DNA from: an uncultured delta proteobacterium | GTDB lineage: Bacteria > Desulfobacterota > Binatia > UBA9968 | NCBI GenBank assembly: GCA_963771465.1 | Contig: CAVYTU010000017.1 | Location: 64,001-128,000 of the forward strand | Length of the DNA: 64,000 nt | Reading direction: 5' to 3' | In this document: piece by piece, positions 28,747 to 37,397 of the stretch | Position numbering within the stretch: the first letter of the stretch is position 1 | Layout: each line of letters starts with the position of its first letter | Translations under genes and position numbers: made by a program | Notes under the pieces: model-generated | What the model saw: the letters and a program-made list of their open reading frames with translations, nothing else | What the model was told of the DNA's origin: nothing | The model's database searches: none

Positions 28747-29712
28747 TCACACTTTAAATCCATGCTCGCGGTACCATTTCGCGGCACCCGGGTGGAGCGG
28801 CACGTCGCGCGGCGTGGCGTCGGTATTTTCGCCGAGCTGACCGATGCCGGTGTAGGAATCCTCCCAGAACATTTGTTCCTTGCGGGCGGCGAGCGCGTCG
28901 CAAATTTTGTAGGCGTCGCCGTCCGGCAGCGCCGCGCGGGTGTAGAGCGGCCAGCCGCTGTAGTCGATGCAGGTGTAGTCTTCGGCAAGACCTTTGAAGC
29001 GGCCGGGTTTGATCGTGTATCTGCGCCAGCCCAGCCCTTCGACCAAATACTGGAAGGCATGATCGTCTAGCGTGATGGGTTTCATGCCGGCGGCCAAGGC
29101 TGCTTCAAACCACAACGGTAAACCTTCGTCGAAGATTGCGTCGATGGATTGATCGCCAATCGCCTTCATGCGCCGCTCGTCGCCGGGGCCGCCGTTCAAT
29201 TGCAGGCTGCCGCCCCAGCTTTCGATATCTTTGACCGTCATGCCATAGGCGGCTAGCGTTTGGTCGACCAGCACGCGCGTCGAATGGGTCGCGTCTTCGC
29301 GAATCGATAAGCGCAGCGGGTATTTCTTCTCCTTGATTTCAGCCAGCGATTTGAGTCCCGTGCGCGGATGAATCACGTAGACGAAATGATCGAGGGACGG
29401 ATAGACCGCGAGAATTCGCACCGGCAACGGCTGGGGAAACAGGCCGGTGCCGCGATACGCTTGGGTCAGCAGGCCCGAAGGATTGATCATCGCCACTTCG
29501 AGCTCTTCGCGACAAATGCCGTGGGCCAAGATCGGCGAGCCGGTGGACATGCGCAGCCACGGTTTGATGCTTTCGTTGGAGCCGCTGCCGACTGTGATGC
29601 ACATATCGCGTGGGCCGTAGTATGGCGTGTTGGGATCGCCGGCGATGTGCAAACCAATTTCCCACAGCATCAATGCGCGCTGAAAGTTTGCTCCACGGGG
29701 CAGGGGCTCCAT
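28747..29712 (-). CDS. TAXI-family (TRAP) solute-binding-fold protein, no signal peptide
   Basis: GLKSLAEIK, IDAIF, C-terminal VPLHPGAAKWYREHG hallmark. Confidence 0.75.
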   Translation of the reverse strand: MEPLPRGANFQRALMLWEIGLHIAGDPNTPYYGPRDMCITVGSGSNESIKPWLRMSTGSPILAHGICREELEVAMINPSGLLTQAYRGTGLFPQPLPVRILAVYPSLDHFVYVIHPRTGLKSLAEIKEKKYPLRLSIREDATHSTRVLVDQTLAAYGMTVKDIESWGGSLQLNGGPGDERRMKAIGDQSIDAIFDEGLPLWFEAALAAGMKPITLDDHAFQYLVEGLGWRRYTIKPGRFKGLAEDYTCIDYSGWPLYTRAALPDGDAYKICDALAARKEQMFWEDSYTGIGQLGENTDATPRDVPLHPGAAKWYREHGFKV

Positions 29713-29789
29713 TTCATCACCTCCGCTAGAAATTGTAACTGGCGGTCACATTAGTGATTAGAGCATCTTCATGTCAACCGGATATGAGC

Positions 29790-29871
29790 TTTACTATGAA
29801 GGACACGGCGACCATGAAATCCGCATGTGATTTTCGAAAACCGTCGTGCGGTTCGTGAACTTCATGGTGAA
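29790..29871. repeat. Imperfect inverted repeat of CAYGAAG 9-nt units
   Basis: tttactatgaaggacacggcgaccatgaa versus the reverse complement of the right arm ttcaccatgaagttcacgaaccgcacgac; same family at 36098-36154. Confidence 0.55.
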
Positions 29872-29905
29872 TTATGTCACAACATATCGACCGCTTCAGG
29901 TTGCT

Positions 29906-30304
29906 ATGACTTTCGATGCGCAGGCGATATTCGCCAATCTTAGCGAGAAGGAACGTATTCACGGCCATCATTCGCCCGAGGGTCAGGCGATCCGCACGCT
30001 TGGCCGCGCACTGCACGGTTGGTCAACGGGGAATCTCTCGGGCGCCGACGTGGTTGTGTTGTGTGATCAGGCGATTGCAGATTGGCTGAAGCGGAAACTC
30101 AAAGTGTCGGCATGGTCGGCAACCCGCATGACTGAATTGCTGGCGGCCGCGGTGACAAACGATGTGCTGTCGCGTGGCGACGCGCTGCGTTTGCAGCGCA
30201 TGCACGCCGTGCGCGCTGATGCGAATAAAGGCGTCATCGCCGCGGCGGACGTTGAAGCCGTGTTAGAGTGCGCGATTGCAGTCGTCGAGCAACATTGGTC
30301 ATGA
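29906..30304 (+). CDS. Hypothetical all-helical protein, possibly degenerate HEPN/DUF4145-like
   Basis: 132 aa from ATG 29906; stop overlaps the MFS start (ATGA). Confidence 0.6.
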   Translation: MTFDAQAIFANLSEKERIHGHHSPEGQAIRTLGRALHGWSTGNLSGADVVVLCDQAIADWLKRKLKVSAWSATRMTELLAAAVTNDVLSRGDALRLQRMHAVRADANKGVIAAADVEAVLECAIAVVEQHWS

Positions 30305-31731
30305 CCGCCGGGCAAGTCAATTGGTTGTTGCTCAGCAACGCGGCGCTCGGTAACTTTCTTGCCGGCACCTCGAGCCGCATCTTTGCCGTGTCGTTGCCGA
30401 CGGTGGCCAACAGTTTGGAGACGACCATCGTCGGCATCTCGTGGGCGGTGATCGCTTACCAGATTTCACAGATCAGTTTGTCTTTAATATTTGGTCGCAT
30501 CGGCGATATCTACGGCAGGCACACGCTCTTTGGTCTGGGATTGATCGTGTCGTCTTTGGCTGCGCTTGCCTGCGGCTTGTCGCAGAGCGCGGCACAATTG
30601 ATTCTCTTTCGTGTATTCCAAGGCGTGGGCGCGTCGATGACGCAGTCCCAGGGGCGCGCGCTCGCGCTCGAAGCGTTGCCCAAGGAGTCGTCGGGACGAG
30701 CGCAAGGATTTATGACGACGGCGTTTCACACCGGCGTGTTGATTGGACCGAGTATCGGCGGCCTGATTATCGAATATATTCACTGGCGCGCGATTTTCTT
30801 TTTTCTCATCCCCATCGCCATGTGCGCGATGGTGCTGACGCTGATCAACCGCATCAAGGGCAATGTGCCGCCGCCAACCGCGTCGAAGGACCGACAGGGC
30901 AGTATAGACTATCTCGGCGCGCTGCTGTTGATCGGCGCTACATTGACATTGGTCGCGAGCGTCGACCATCGGATCATGGAATCGCTCAGCGTCGTTTTAC
31001 GCTGGGCTGTCATCGCGGCGTTCCTGCTGAGCTTGGCCGGCTTTGTCTATCGAGAGCAAACCACCGCGAGCCCGATCCTCGATCTGTCGCTGTTTCGTAT
31101 CCGCATGTTCACGCTGAGTAGTTTGGCGCTGCTGTTGGTCGGTATCGCCCAGGTAATGATCGGGTTCCTTTTGCCGTTTTATCTCCAAGACGTGCTTCAC
31201 CTAAAGCCATCCTTTATCGGCCTGCTGTTTGTCAGCGCGCCGATCTTTACCGTCACACTGTCGCCACTGGTCGGTTGGGCGGTGGATAAAGTCGGACCGC
31301 GGCTGCCGGCGACCGTCGGCATTTCATTTCTCGCCGGGGCCGGTTTTTTTGGCTCCTACTTGCGCGCCGACTCGCATTGGTTGGCGGCAGTGGGCGTGTT
31401 GGCGCTGTGGGGCTTGGCCACTGCATTATTCTTTACTTCCAACCATACGGCGATGATTACCTCGGTGCCGGCGCAGCACCGCGGCGTTGCTACCGGAGCG
31501 ATTTACGTCATGTTCGGCTTGGGCACAACCTTCGGTGTTTCGCTCGGCACAATGCTTTTGACCCTAGCATTTCGCTACTATAGCGGCGACCCGCTGGCCA
31601 CGCCGACGGCGGCGAGCCCCGAGACATTTGTTCGCTCGATGAATTTTAGTTTTCTCGTCGGCGGCTTTATGGCGCTGGCGGCGATGAGCTGCTCGGCGCT
31701 GCGCGGTGAAAGCGCGGCGCAAAGCCATTGA
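30301..31731 (+). CDS. MFS transporter, DHA2/EmrB-QacA-like
   Basis: GRIGDIYGR motif A, FRVFQGVG, GPSIGG, WRAIFF, PILDLSLF; about 14 TMs. Confidence 0.9.
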   Translation: MTAGQVNWLLLSNAALGNFLAGTSSRIFAVSLPTVANSLETTIVGISWAVIAYQISQISLSLIFGRIGDIYGRHTLFGLGLIVSSLAALACGLSQSAAQLILFRVFQGVGASMTQSQGRALALEALPKESSGRAQGFMTTAFHTGVLIGPSIGGLIIEYIHWRAIFFFLIPIAMCAMVLTLINRIKGNVPPPTASKDRQGSIDYLGALLLIGATLTLVASVDHRIMESLSVVLRWAVIAAFLLSLAGFVYREQTTASPILDLSLFRIRMFTLSSLALLLVGIAQVMIGFLLPFYLQDVLHLKPSFIGLLFVSAPIFTVTLSPLVGWAVDKVGPRLPATVGISFLAGAGFFGSYLRADSHWLAAVGVLALWGLATALFFTSNHTAMITSVPAQHRGVATGAIYVMFGLGTTFGVSLGTMLLTLAFRYYSGDPLATPTAASPETFVRSMNFSFLVGGFMALAAMSCSALRGESAAQSH

Positions 31732-31782
31732 AGTTGCGCCCAAAGACAAGTTTTGTATCGTGAACCCGTAAGGAGATCTGTG

Positions 31783-32559
31783 ATGAGGTCAACCAGGTTA
31801 AATGCCGTGATCCTGCTGTTAACTTTGCCACTGCTGGGAAGTTGTTCCAAGGAACCGAAGAGTGAACCCGCCAAGGCGTCGCAGGCGGCGCCACCGTCAG
31901 TTCCCACGCCCGAGCCGGCCAGGTCGAGTCCCGGCGAAGGCGTTGGCACGATCACCGGCAAAGTCGTATTTACCGGTAGCTATGCGGCAGGTAAAACCGC
32001 GATCAGCAAAGACCGAGAGGTCTGTGGCGATAACAAGGTCGATCAGTCACTAGTGATCGGTAAACAAGGCGAATTGAAAAACGCGGTGATTGAAATCGGC
32101 GATCTAAAGCAAGGCAAATCACCGGCGAAAGAAGTGGAGCTGGATCAGGTCAAATGCGAGTACGTTCCCCACGTCGCCGTCGTTCCTACCGGCGGAACGG
32201 TGAAGATTAAAAACAGCGACGGCATCCTGCACAACGTGCATAGCGTCAGCGAGAGGAACACGCCTTTCAATCGTGCGCAGCCCAAGTTCATGAAAGAGAT
32301 CAAAGAAACCTTTGCGAAGCCGGAGATCGTCCAGTTGCGTTGCGACGTTCATGGTTGGATGAGCGGCTGGATCGTCGTTACGGAGAATCCATTTTTCGAC
32401 GTCACTGAGGCCGACGGTACGTTTAAGTTCGACAGCGTGCCAGTGGGCAATTACGCCTTGGAAGTTTGGCATGAAACGCTCGGTAAAACGACCCAACACG
32501 TCGAAGTTAAGGTCGGCGAAGTGACCAATGTGACTTTCGAATTTCGGTTGAAGAAGTAG
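31783..32559 (+). CDS. Lipoprotein with cupredoxin-like and carboxypeptidase-regulatory-like domains
   Basis: Lipobox LLGS-C, Pro-rich linker, DQ..CEYVPH, LHNVH, CDVHGWM, DGTF.F..VP.G.Y.L.VWHE. Confidence 0.75.
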   Translation: MRSTRLNAVILLLTLPLLGSCSKEPKSEPAKASQAAPPSVPTPEPARSSPGEGVGTITGKVVFTGSYAAGKTAISKDREVCGDNKVDQSLVIGKQGELKNAVIEIGDLKQGKSPAKEVELDQVKCEYVPHVAVVPTGGTVKIKNSDGILHNVHSVSERNTPFNRAQPKFMKEIKETFAKPEIVQLRCDVHGWMSGWIVVTENPFFDVTEADGTFKFDSVPVGNYALEVWHETLGKTTQHVEVKVGEVTNVTFEFRLKK

Positions 32560-32579
32560 CCGGCGAAACGGGTGGCTTC

Positions 32580-33455
32580 ATGGCCGGGGTATTTGGCATA
32601 ACGATCTTGCTGCTGTTTCATACCGCCGCGCCCTTGCACGCGCAGCAAGCCGCGCTGAAGATCGGCGCCGATCAATTTATCTTTCAGCACCATGACGGCA
32701 AGTTGACTCGGCCAGTCACCGTTTGGACCTATCGGCCAAAGCAGATGGTGCCGGATGCGCGAGTTCTCTTCGTCATGCACGGTGTGCAGCGCGATGGCCA
32801 GCGCTACCGAGACGAGTGGCGTGCTTATGCCGAAAAGGACAGCGCGCTGCTGCTCGTGCCGGAATTCTCGGTCGCGAACTTTCCCGGCAGCGGCGGATAC
32901 TCGTCGGCGAAGCCGAGCGCAGATTTGGCCGACGACGAGCTGACGCCGGCGGCGTACTCGGCGATTGAAAAGATTTTCGATCGGGCGATCAAACTGGCCG
33001 GTGTGGCTGCCGTGGATTATCGACTATACGGCCATTCTGCCGGTGCTCAGTTCGTCCATCGCTTCATCATGTTCAATCCCAGGGCGCGTGTGAAAATTGC
33101 CGTCGCTGCTAATGCCGGCTGGTACATGATGCCCGACTTCGATGTAAGATTTCCCTACGGACTCAAAGGGAGCGGCATCGATTCGGCGAAATTAAGAGAG
33201 TCCCTGGCTAAGAAGCTTATCGTTCAATTAGGCGAAAAAGATGTCGATCCACAGCATCCATCGCTCAACCGCGGCGCCGGCCCGATGCGTCAAGGACGCC
33301 AGCGATTTGAGCGCGGTCAGAACTTTTTTCGCGCCGCCCAACATGTTGCGGCGAAATTGAATGTTCCTTTCCACTGGGAATTAGCCGCCGTACCGGACGC
33401 CGGTCACGACAACGCCAAGATGGCGCTGGCAGCGGCACCGCTACTATTGAAATAG
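32580..33455 (+). CDS. Exported alpha/beta hydrolase (LpqC/PahZ1-like depolymerase family)
   Basis: Signal peptide, VMHG, GHSAGAQFVHR, AANAGWY, G..D, QG..RFERG, GHD. Confidence 0.75.
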   Translation: MAGVFGITILLLFHTAAPLHAQQAALKIGADQFIFQHHDGKLTRPVTVWTYRPKQMVPDARVLFVMHGVQRDGQRYRDEWRAYAEKDSALLLVPEFSVANFPGSGGYSSAKPSADLADDELTPAAYSAIEKIFDRAIKLAGVAAVDYRLYGHSAGAQFVHRFIMFNPRARVKIAVAANAGWYMMPDFDVRFPYGLKGSGIDSAKLRESLAKKLIVQLGEKDVDPQHPSLNRGAGPMRQGRQRFERGQNFFRAAQHVAAKLNVPFHWELAAVPDAGHDNAKMALAAAPLLLK

Positions 33456-33602
33456 TTTACCGTCAATTAGGTTTGTACTACCACAGAGATTGTTGCTAAC
33501 GCTTCGTCTTGTCTCGCTTGCATGTTTGTTCGTTTCGGTGTTTATCGTTTGGGCGAGCGGGCGGTAGTCAGAAAGCAGATAGCGATGGAAAGGAAATAAG
33601 TC

Positions 33603-34223
33603 ATGATTCAGCTCTATACATGGGGCACGCCGAACGGCAAAAAGGTTTCGATCATGCTCGAAGAAATAGGCATGGGGTACGAGGTGCACCCGATCAACAT
33701 CGGTCAAGGCGATCAGATGAAGCCGGAGTATCTGGCGATCAATCCAAACAATAAAATTCCCGCAATCATCGACACCGACGGTCCGGGCGGCAAGCCGTTC
33801 AAGCTTTTCGAGTCCGGCGCGATTCTGCTGTACTTGGCGGAGAAGTCGGGCAAGCTCTGGCCGGATGATTTGGCCCAGCGCTATACGGTGATTCAGTGGC
33901 TGATGTTTCAGATGGGCGGCGTCGGCCCGATGTTCGGGCAGGCTAATTATTTTTACCGCTTGGAAGAAAAAGTACCTTACGCCATCGAACGCTTTTACAA
34001 AGAAGCCGTGCGGCTTTACAACGTGCTCGACAAGCAATTGGGCGAGAGCGAATATCTCGCCGGCGGCGTATATTCGATCGCTGACATCGCCACCTATCCC
34101 TGGGTTTGGCGCCATGATGGCCACAATGTGAAACTGGAAGAGTTTTCCAACGTGAAACGCTGGTACGACAAGATCTCCGAGCGGCCGGCGGTCAAGCGGG
34201 GGATGGAGATTCCCAAGAAATAA
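33603..34223 (+). CDS. Glutathione S-transferase, YfcG/YghU (Nu-class)-like
   Basis: TPNGKK, INPNNKIPAI.D, FESGAIL.YLAEK, WLMFQMGGVGPM.GQ, RPAV.RG. Confidence 0.9.
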   Translation: MIQLYTWGTPNGKKVSIMLEEIGMGYEVHPINIGQGDQMKPEYLAINPNNKIPAIIDTDGPGGKPFKLFESGAILLYLAEKSGKLWPDDLAQRYTVIQWLMFQMGGVGPMFGQANYFYRLEEKVPYAIERFYKEAVRLYNVLDKQLGESEYLAGGVYSIADIATYPWVWRHDGHNVKLEEFSNVKRWYDKISERPAVKRGMEIPKK

Positions 34224-34287
34224 ATACCGCGATCGTGCTCGTAGTTCGTTTTGGTTTTTCGGAGCAGCGCGATTGAGAGGTAAAGCC

Positions 34288-36063
34288 ATGGCCAAGCAGC
34301 AAAAAATCGAGAAACCTAGGGCTGAGTGGGGATCGGATGTCGTCGTCGATTTATTGAAGGCGTTCGAGTTCGAGTATATCGCGATCAATCCCGGTGCGAC
34401 TTTTCGCGGCCTGCACGATTCTCTGGTCAATTACGGCGGCAATCACGCGCCGGAAATCATTCTTTGCAACCATGAAGAGATCGCCGTAGCGCTGGCGCAC
34501 GGCTACGCGCGCGCCAAAGGCAAGCCGATGGCGGCGGCGGTACACAACGTCGTCGGCCTGCAGCACGCCTCGATGGCGATCTATAACGCTTGGGCGGACC
34601 GGCTGCCAGTGATCGTTCTGGGCGGCACGGGTCCGATGGATTCTGCCAATCGCCGGCCGTGGATCGACTGGGTGCATACGGCCAATGTGCAGGGCAATCT
34701 CGTGCGCGACTTCTGCAAGTGGGACGATCAGCCGGCGAGTGTCGAGGCGGTGCCGGATTCGTTTATCCGCGGCTATCGGCTCGCGACCACCGATCCGATG
34801 GGGCCGGTTTATATCTGCTACGACGGCGATGTGCAGGAAAAACAATTGGACGGCGAGACCTCATTCGACGTCGCGCGTTACCCAGCGCCGTTGCCGCTGC
34901 AAGCGCCGGAAGAAGGTTTTAGCCAAACTATTCAGATGATTTTGGCGGCTAAGCGGCCGGTGATTCTGGCGGATTGGGTGGGCCGGCGCGAGGCCGGATT
35001 CAATGCGCTCGGCGAGTTGGCCGAGTTGTTAGCCGCGCCCGTGCTCGATCAGTTGGGGCGGTTTAATTTTCCGGTGCAACATCCGCTCAATCTGACCGGT
35101 CAGGCCGACAAAGTGATCCCACAGGCCGATCTCATCCTCGCTCTCGATGTTACTGATCTTGAAGGCGCCACCGTGCGGCGTGTGCAGGAACGCGGCAATC
35201 GCCGCCCGACGCCGCTATTATCGCCTGGGACTAAAGTCATCAACGTCGCCTTGGACGATTTGCTGGTGCGCGCTTGGGCGACCGATTTCAACAAGCTGCG
35301 CGCCGCCGATCTGATGATTCTCGCCGACACATCGGTTTTCCTGCCGGAGTTGGTGCGCCGGCTGAAAGAGGAGAAAAGACTCGGTGCGATGAAGGACGAC
35401 ATCGCCAGGCGGCGCGCGGATTGGAGCAAAATTCATGAGGAGAAAAGAACCGCGCTGGAACAAGAATTGAAGTCTAAATGGGATGAAAAGCCGGTGTCGA
35501 TGACGCGCATCTACGCGGAGATCAATGACGCGCTCAAGGGCGAGGATTGGGTGCTGACCAACGGTAGCTCCCAGGGCAAAGAGAATTTCTACTTGCCGGC
35601 GACGAAGTTCAATCAGATTCTCGGCAAGTACAAGGGCGGCGGTTTGGGTTATGGCATGCCGGCGTCGCTCGGTGCTGCGCTAGCTCACAAAGGCTCGGGC
35701 AAATTCTGCATCAACATTCAGCCCGACGGCGATTTACTCTTTACCGTTAGTTCTATCTGGACCGCGGTGCACCATCAGATTCCGCTCTTGAGCATCGTTT
35801 GCAGCAACCGCTCCTATTTCAACGACGAAGAACATCAAGAACGGGTTGCGTTACAGCGCAACCGGCCGGTGGAAAACAAAACCATCGGCATCCGCATCGA
35901 AAATCCCAACATCGACTTCGGCGCCATGGCGCGCACCTACGGCTGCTGGGGCGCCGGTCCGATCAGCGAACCCAAGGACTTGATCAAAACGCTGCGCGAA
36001 GCGGTCAAGGTGGTGAAAGCGGGCAAGCCGGCGCTGGTCGACGTGGTGTGTCAGATGCGCTGA
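34288..36063 (+). CDS. Thiamine pyrophosphate-dependent enzyme (benzoylformate decarboxylase/acetolactate synthase-like)
   Basis: NPGATFRGLHDS, HEEIAVA.AHGYA, GGLGYG, GDLLF...N TPP motif. Confidence 0.9.
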   Translation: MAKQQKIEKPRAEWGSDVVVDLLKAFEFEYIAINPGATFRGLHDSLVNYGGNHAPEIILCNHEEIAVALAHGYARAKGKPMAAAVHNVVGLQHASMAIYNAWADRLPVIVLGGTGPMDSANRRPWIDWVHTANVQGNLVRDFCKWDDQPASVEAVPDSFIRGYRLATTDPMGPVYICYDGDVQEKQLDGETSFDVARYPAPLPLQAPEEGFSQTIQMILAAKRPVILADWVGRREAGFNALGELAELLAAPVLDQLGRFNFPVQHPLNLTGQADKVIPQADLILALDVTDLEGATVRRVQERGNRRPTPLLSPGTKVINVALDDLLVRAWATDFNKLRAADLMILADTSVFLPELVRRLKEEKRLGAMKDDIARRRADWSKIHEEKRTALEQELKSKWDEKPVSMTRIYAEINDALKGEDWVLTNGSSQGKENFYLPATKFNQILGKYKGGGLGYGMPASLGAALAHKGSGKFCINIQPDGDLLFTVSSIWTAVHHQIPLLSIVCSNRSYFNDEEHQERVALQRNRPVENKTIGIRIENPNIDFGAMARTYGCWGAGPISEPKDLIKTLREAVKVVKAGKPALVDVVCQMR

Positions 36064-36097
36064 CCTGAATTTAGAGAAGGAATAATTTTACTGGGTT

Positions 36098-36154
36098 CAT
36101 GAAGGCCACGAAGGTTTCAGATGATTGGTACGCCGAACTTCGTGCCCTTCGTTG
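36098..36154. repeat. CAYGAAG-unit inverted repeat between convergent genes
   Basis: CATGAAGGCCACGAAG ... CTTCGTGCCCTTCGT. Confidence 0.6.
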
Positions 36155-36172
36155 TGAAAAACAATTCGCAGG

Positions 36173-36652
36173 TTATCTTCTTGCCGCCTGCCACTTGTCT
36201 AGAATGTCCCTTGCACTGTTAGTCGCCGGATTCATCGCTTCGTCGTGCCCCGGCATTTTAGCCGTGAGCTCGATCACGTAACCATTCGGATCGCGGAAGT
36301 AGATCGAGTGTACCATTCCGTGATCGGCGATGCCGCGGGTGTCGATCCCTTGCCCCTTTCCCTTGGCAAACATCGCCAGTAGCGTCGGTTCGTCGACTTC
36401 GAGAGCGATGTGCAAGTCGAAATCATGCTGCGCTTTGAAATCGAAAGGCATGTCGGGCGCCTCGAAGAAGGCCAGGCACGAGCCGTCAGCCATTTGATAA
36501 AACGTATGGAGCACGCTGCTTTTACGCGCGGTCTTGGTCTCTTTGATGTCGAGAGTTCCGACTAGTTTCAAGCCGAGAAAATCCTCGTAGAATTTGCGCG
36601 TCTCTTCCGAGTCCCGGCATCGATAGGCGCTGTGATGGAGGCCTTTGATCAT
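36173..36652 (-). CDS. VOC/glyoxalase family protein
   Basis: GLHHSAYRCRD, HIAL, SIYFRDPNGYVIEL; AAAGGAG RBS before ATG 36652. Confidence 0.85.
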   Translation of the reverse strand: MIKGLHHSAYRCRDSEETRKFYEDFLGLKLVGTLDIKETKTARKSSVLHTFYQMADGSCLAFFEAPDMPFDFKAQHDFDLHIALEVDEPTLLAMFAKGKGQGIDTRGIADHGMVHSIYFRDPNGYVIELTAKMPGHDEAMNPATNSARDILDKWQAARR

Positions 36653-36672
36653 CGTTTGGTTCTCCTTTGAAT

Positions 36673-37350
36673 TTAAAGTCCTTCGCACGGCTCATCTTTA
36701 AACGGCGCAACGAAGTGAGTGTAAAACGGTTCGTTGGTTTTCTCCCAATAGGGGAGCGATTTCATGTTCGTAAGCCAACGCGTAACGTTGGGATAAGCGG
36801 AATAGTCGAGACGAATGACATCGCCGAGGGTGACATAACACGCGCCCATGAAGTCAGCGAGAGTGGGCTCGTTGCCGCAGACAAAGCTATTCGCCGGACC
36901 GATATGATGGCGGTCGAGGATCTCCAGCCAATGCTTCGCCTTACCGCGACTCCAAGCCAGATGCGCGCGGTGCGCTTGATCGTCGCCTTTGCGATAAGTC
37001 TCGATGACCTGGGGATAGATCAAGCCGTAGCCGAGATCCCGGTAAAGCCCGGTGTTGAACCAGTCCATACGCTCGTGGACGCGCGCCCGGGCGCGCGCAT
37101 CGGCAGGATAACTCGGAGCCTTAGACTTCTCCGCCAGATATCTGAGAATGGCGGAGCTTTCGGCCAGTCGAAAGTCGCCGTCCTCCAGTAGCGGCACGGC
37201 GCCGTTGGGGTTGATCGAAAGAAACTCGGGTTTTAGATTTGCGCCCGTGAACAGATCGACCATCTGATAGTCGATGGCGATATTCTCCGCCGCGGCTAAG
37301 AGCATGATTGGCCGGCAGGTTGTCGATGCGGGATGGAAATAGAGCTTCAT
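36673..37350 (-). CDS. Glutathione S-transferase family protein (theta-like)
   Basis: INPNGAVP.L.DGDF.L.ESSAILRYLA, PTLADF. Confidence 0.9.
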   Translation of the reverse strand: MKLYFHPASTTCRPIMLLAAAENIAIDYQMVDLFTGANLKPEFLSINPNGAVPLLEDGDFRLAESSAILRYLAEKSKAPSYPADARARARVHERMDWFNTGLYRDLGYGLIYPQVIETYRKGDDQAHRAHLAWSRGKAKHWLEILDRHHIGPANSFVCGNEPTLADFMGACYVTLGDVIRLDYSAYPNVTRWLTNMKSLPYWEKTNEPFYTHFVAPFKDEPCEGL

Positions 37351-37397
37351 CTTAATTATCCTTTCAAGCTTTGGGCAATTTGAATGCCGTAGGTCGG

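Noticed and set aside
29906-30304. HEPN toxin of a toxin-antitoxin or defence pair
   Set aside because: No R-x4-6-H motif and no adjacent MNT or antitoxin gene.
33444-34430. 328-aa minus-strand ORF and other long antisense ORFs (e.g. 9569-10465, 10419-11318, 12213-12947, 46784-47488)
   Set aside because: They shadow well-supported genes on the opposite strand, have no motifs, and are expected from GC-rich codon bias.
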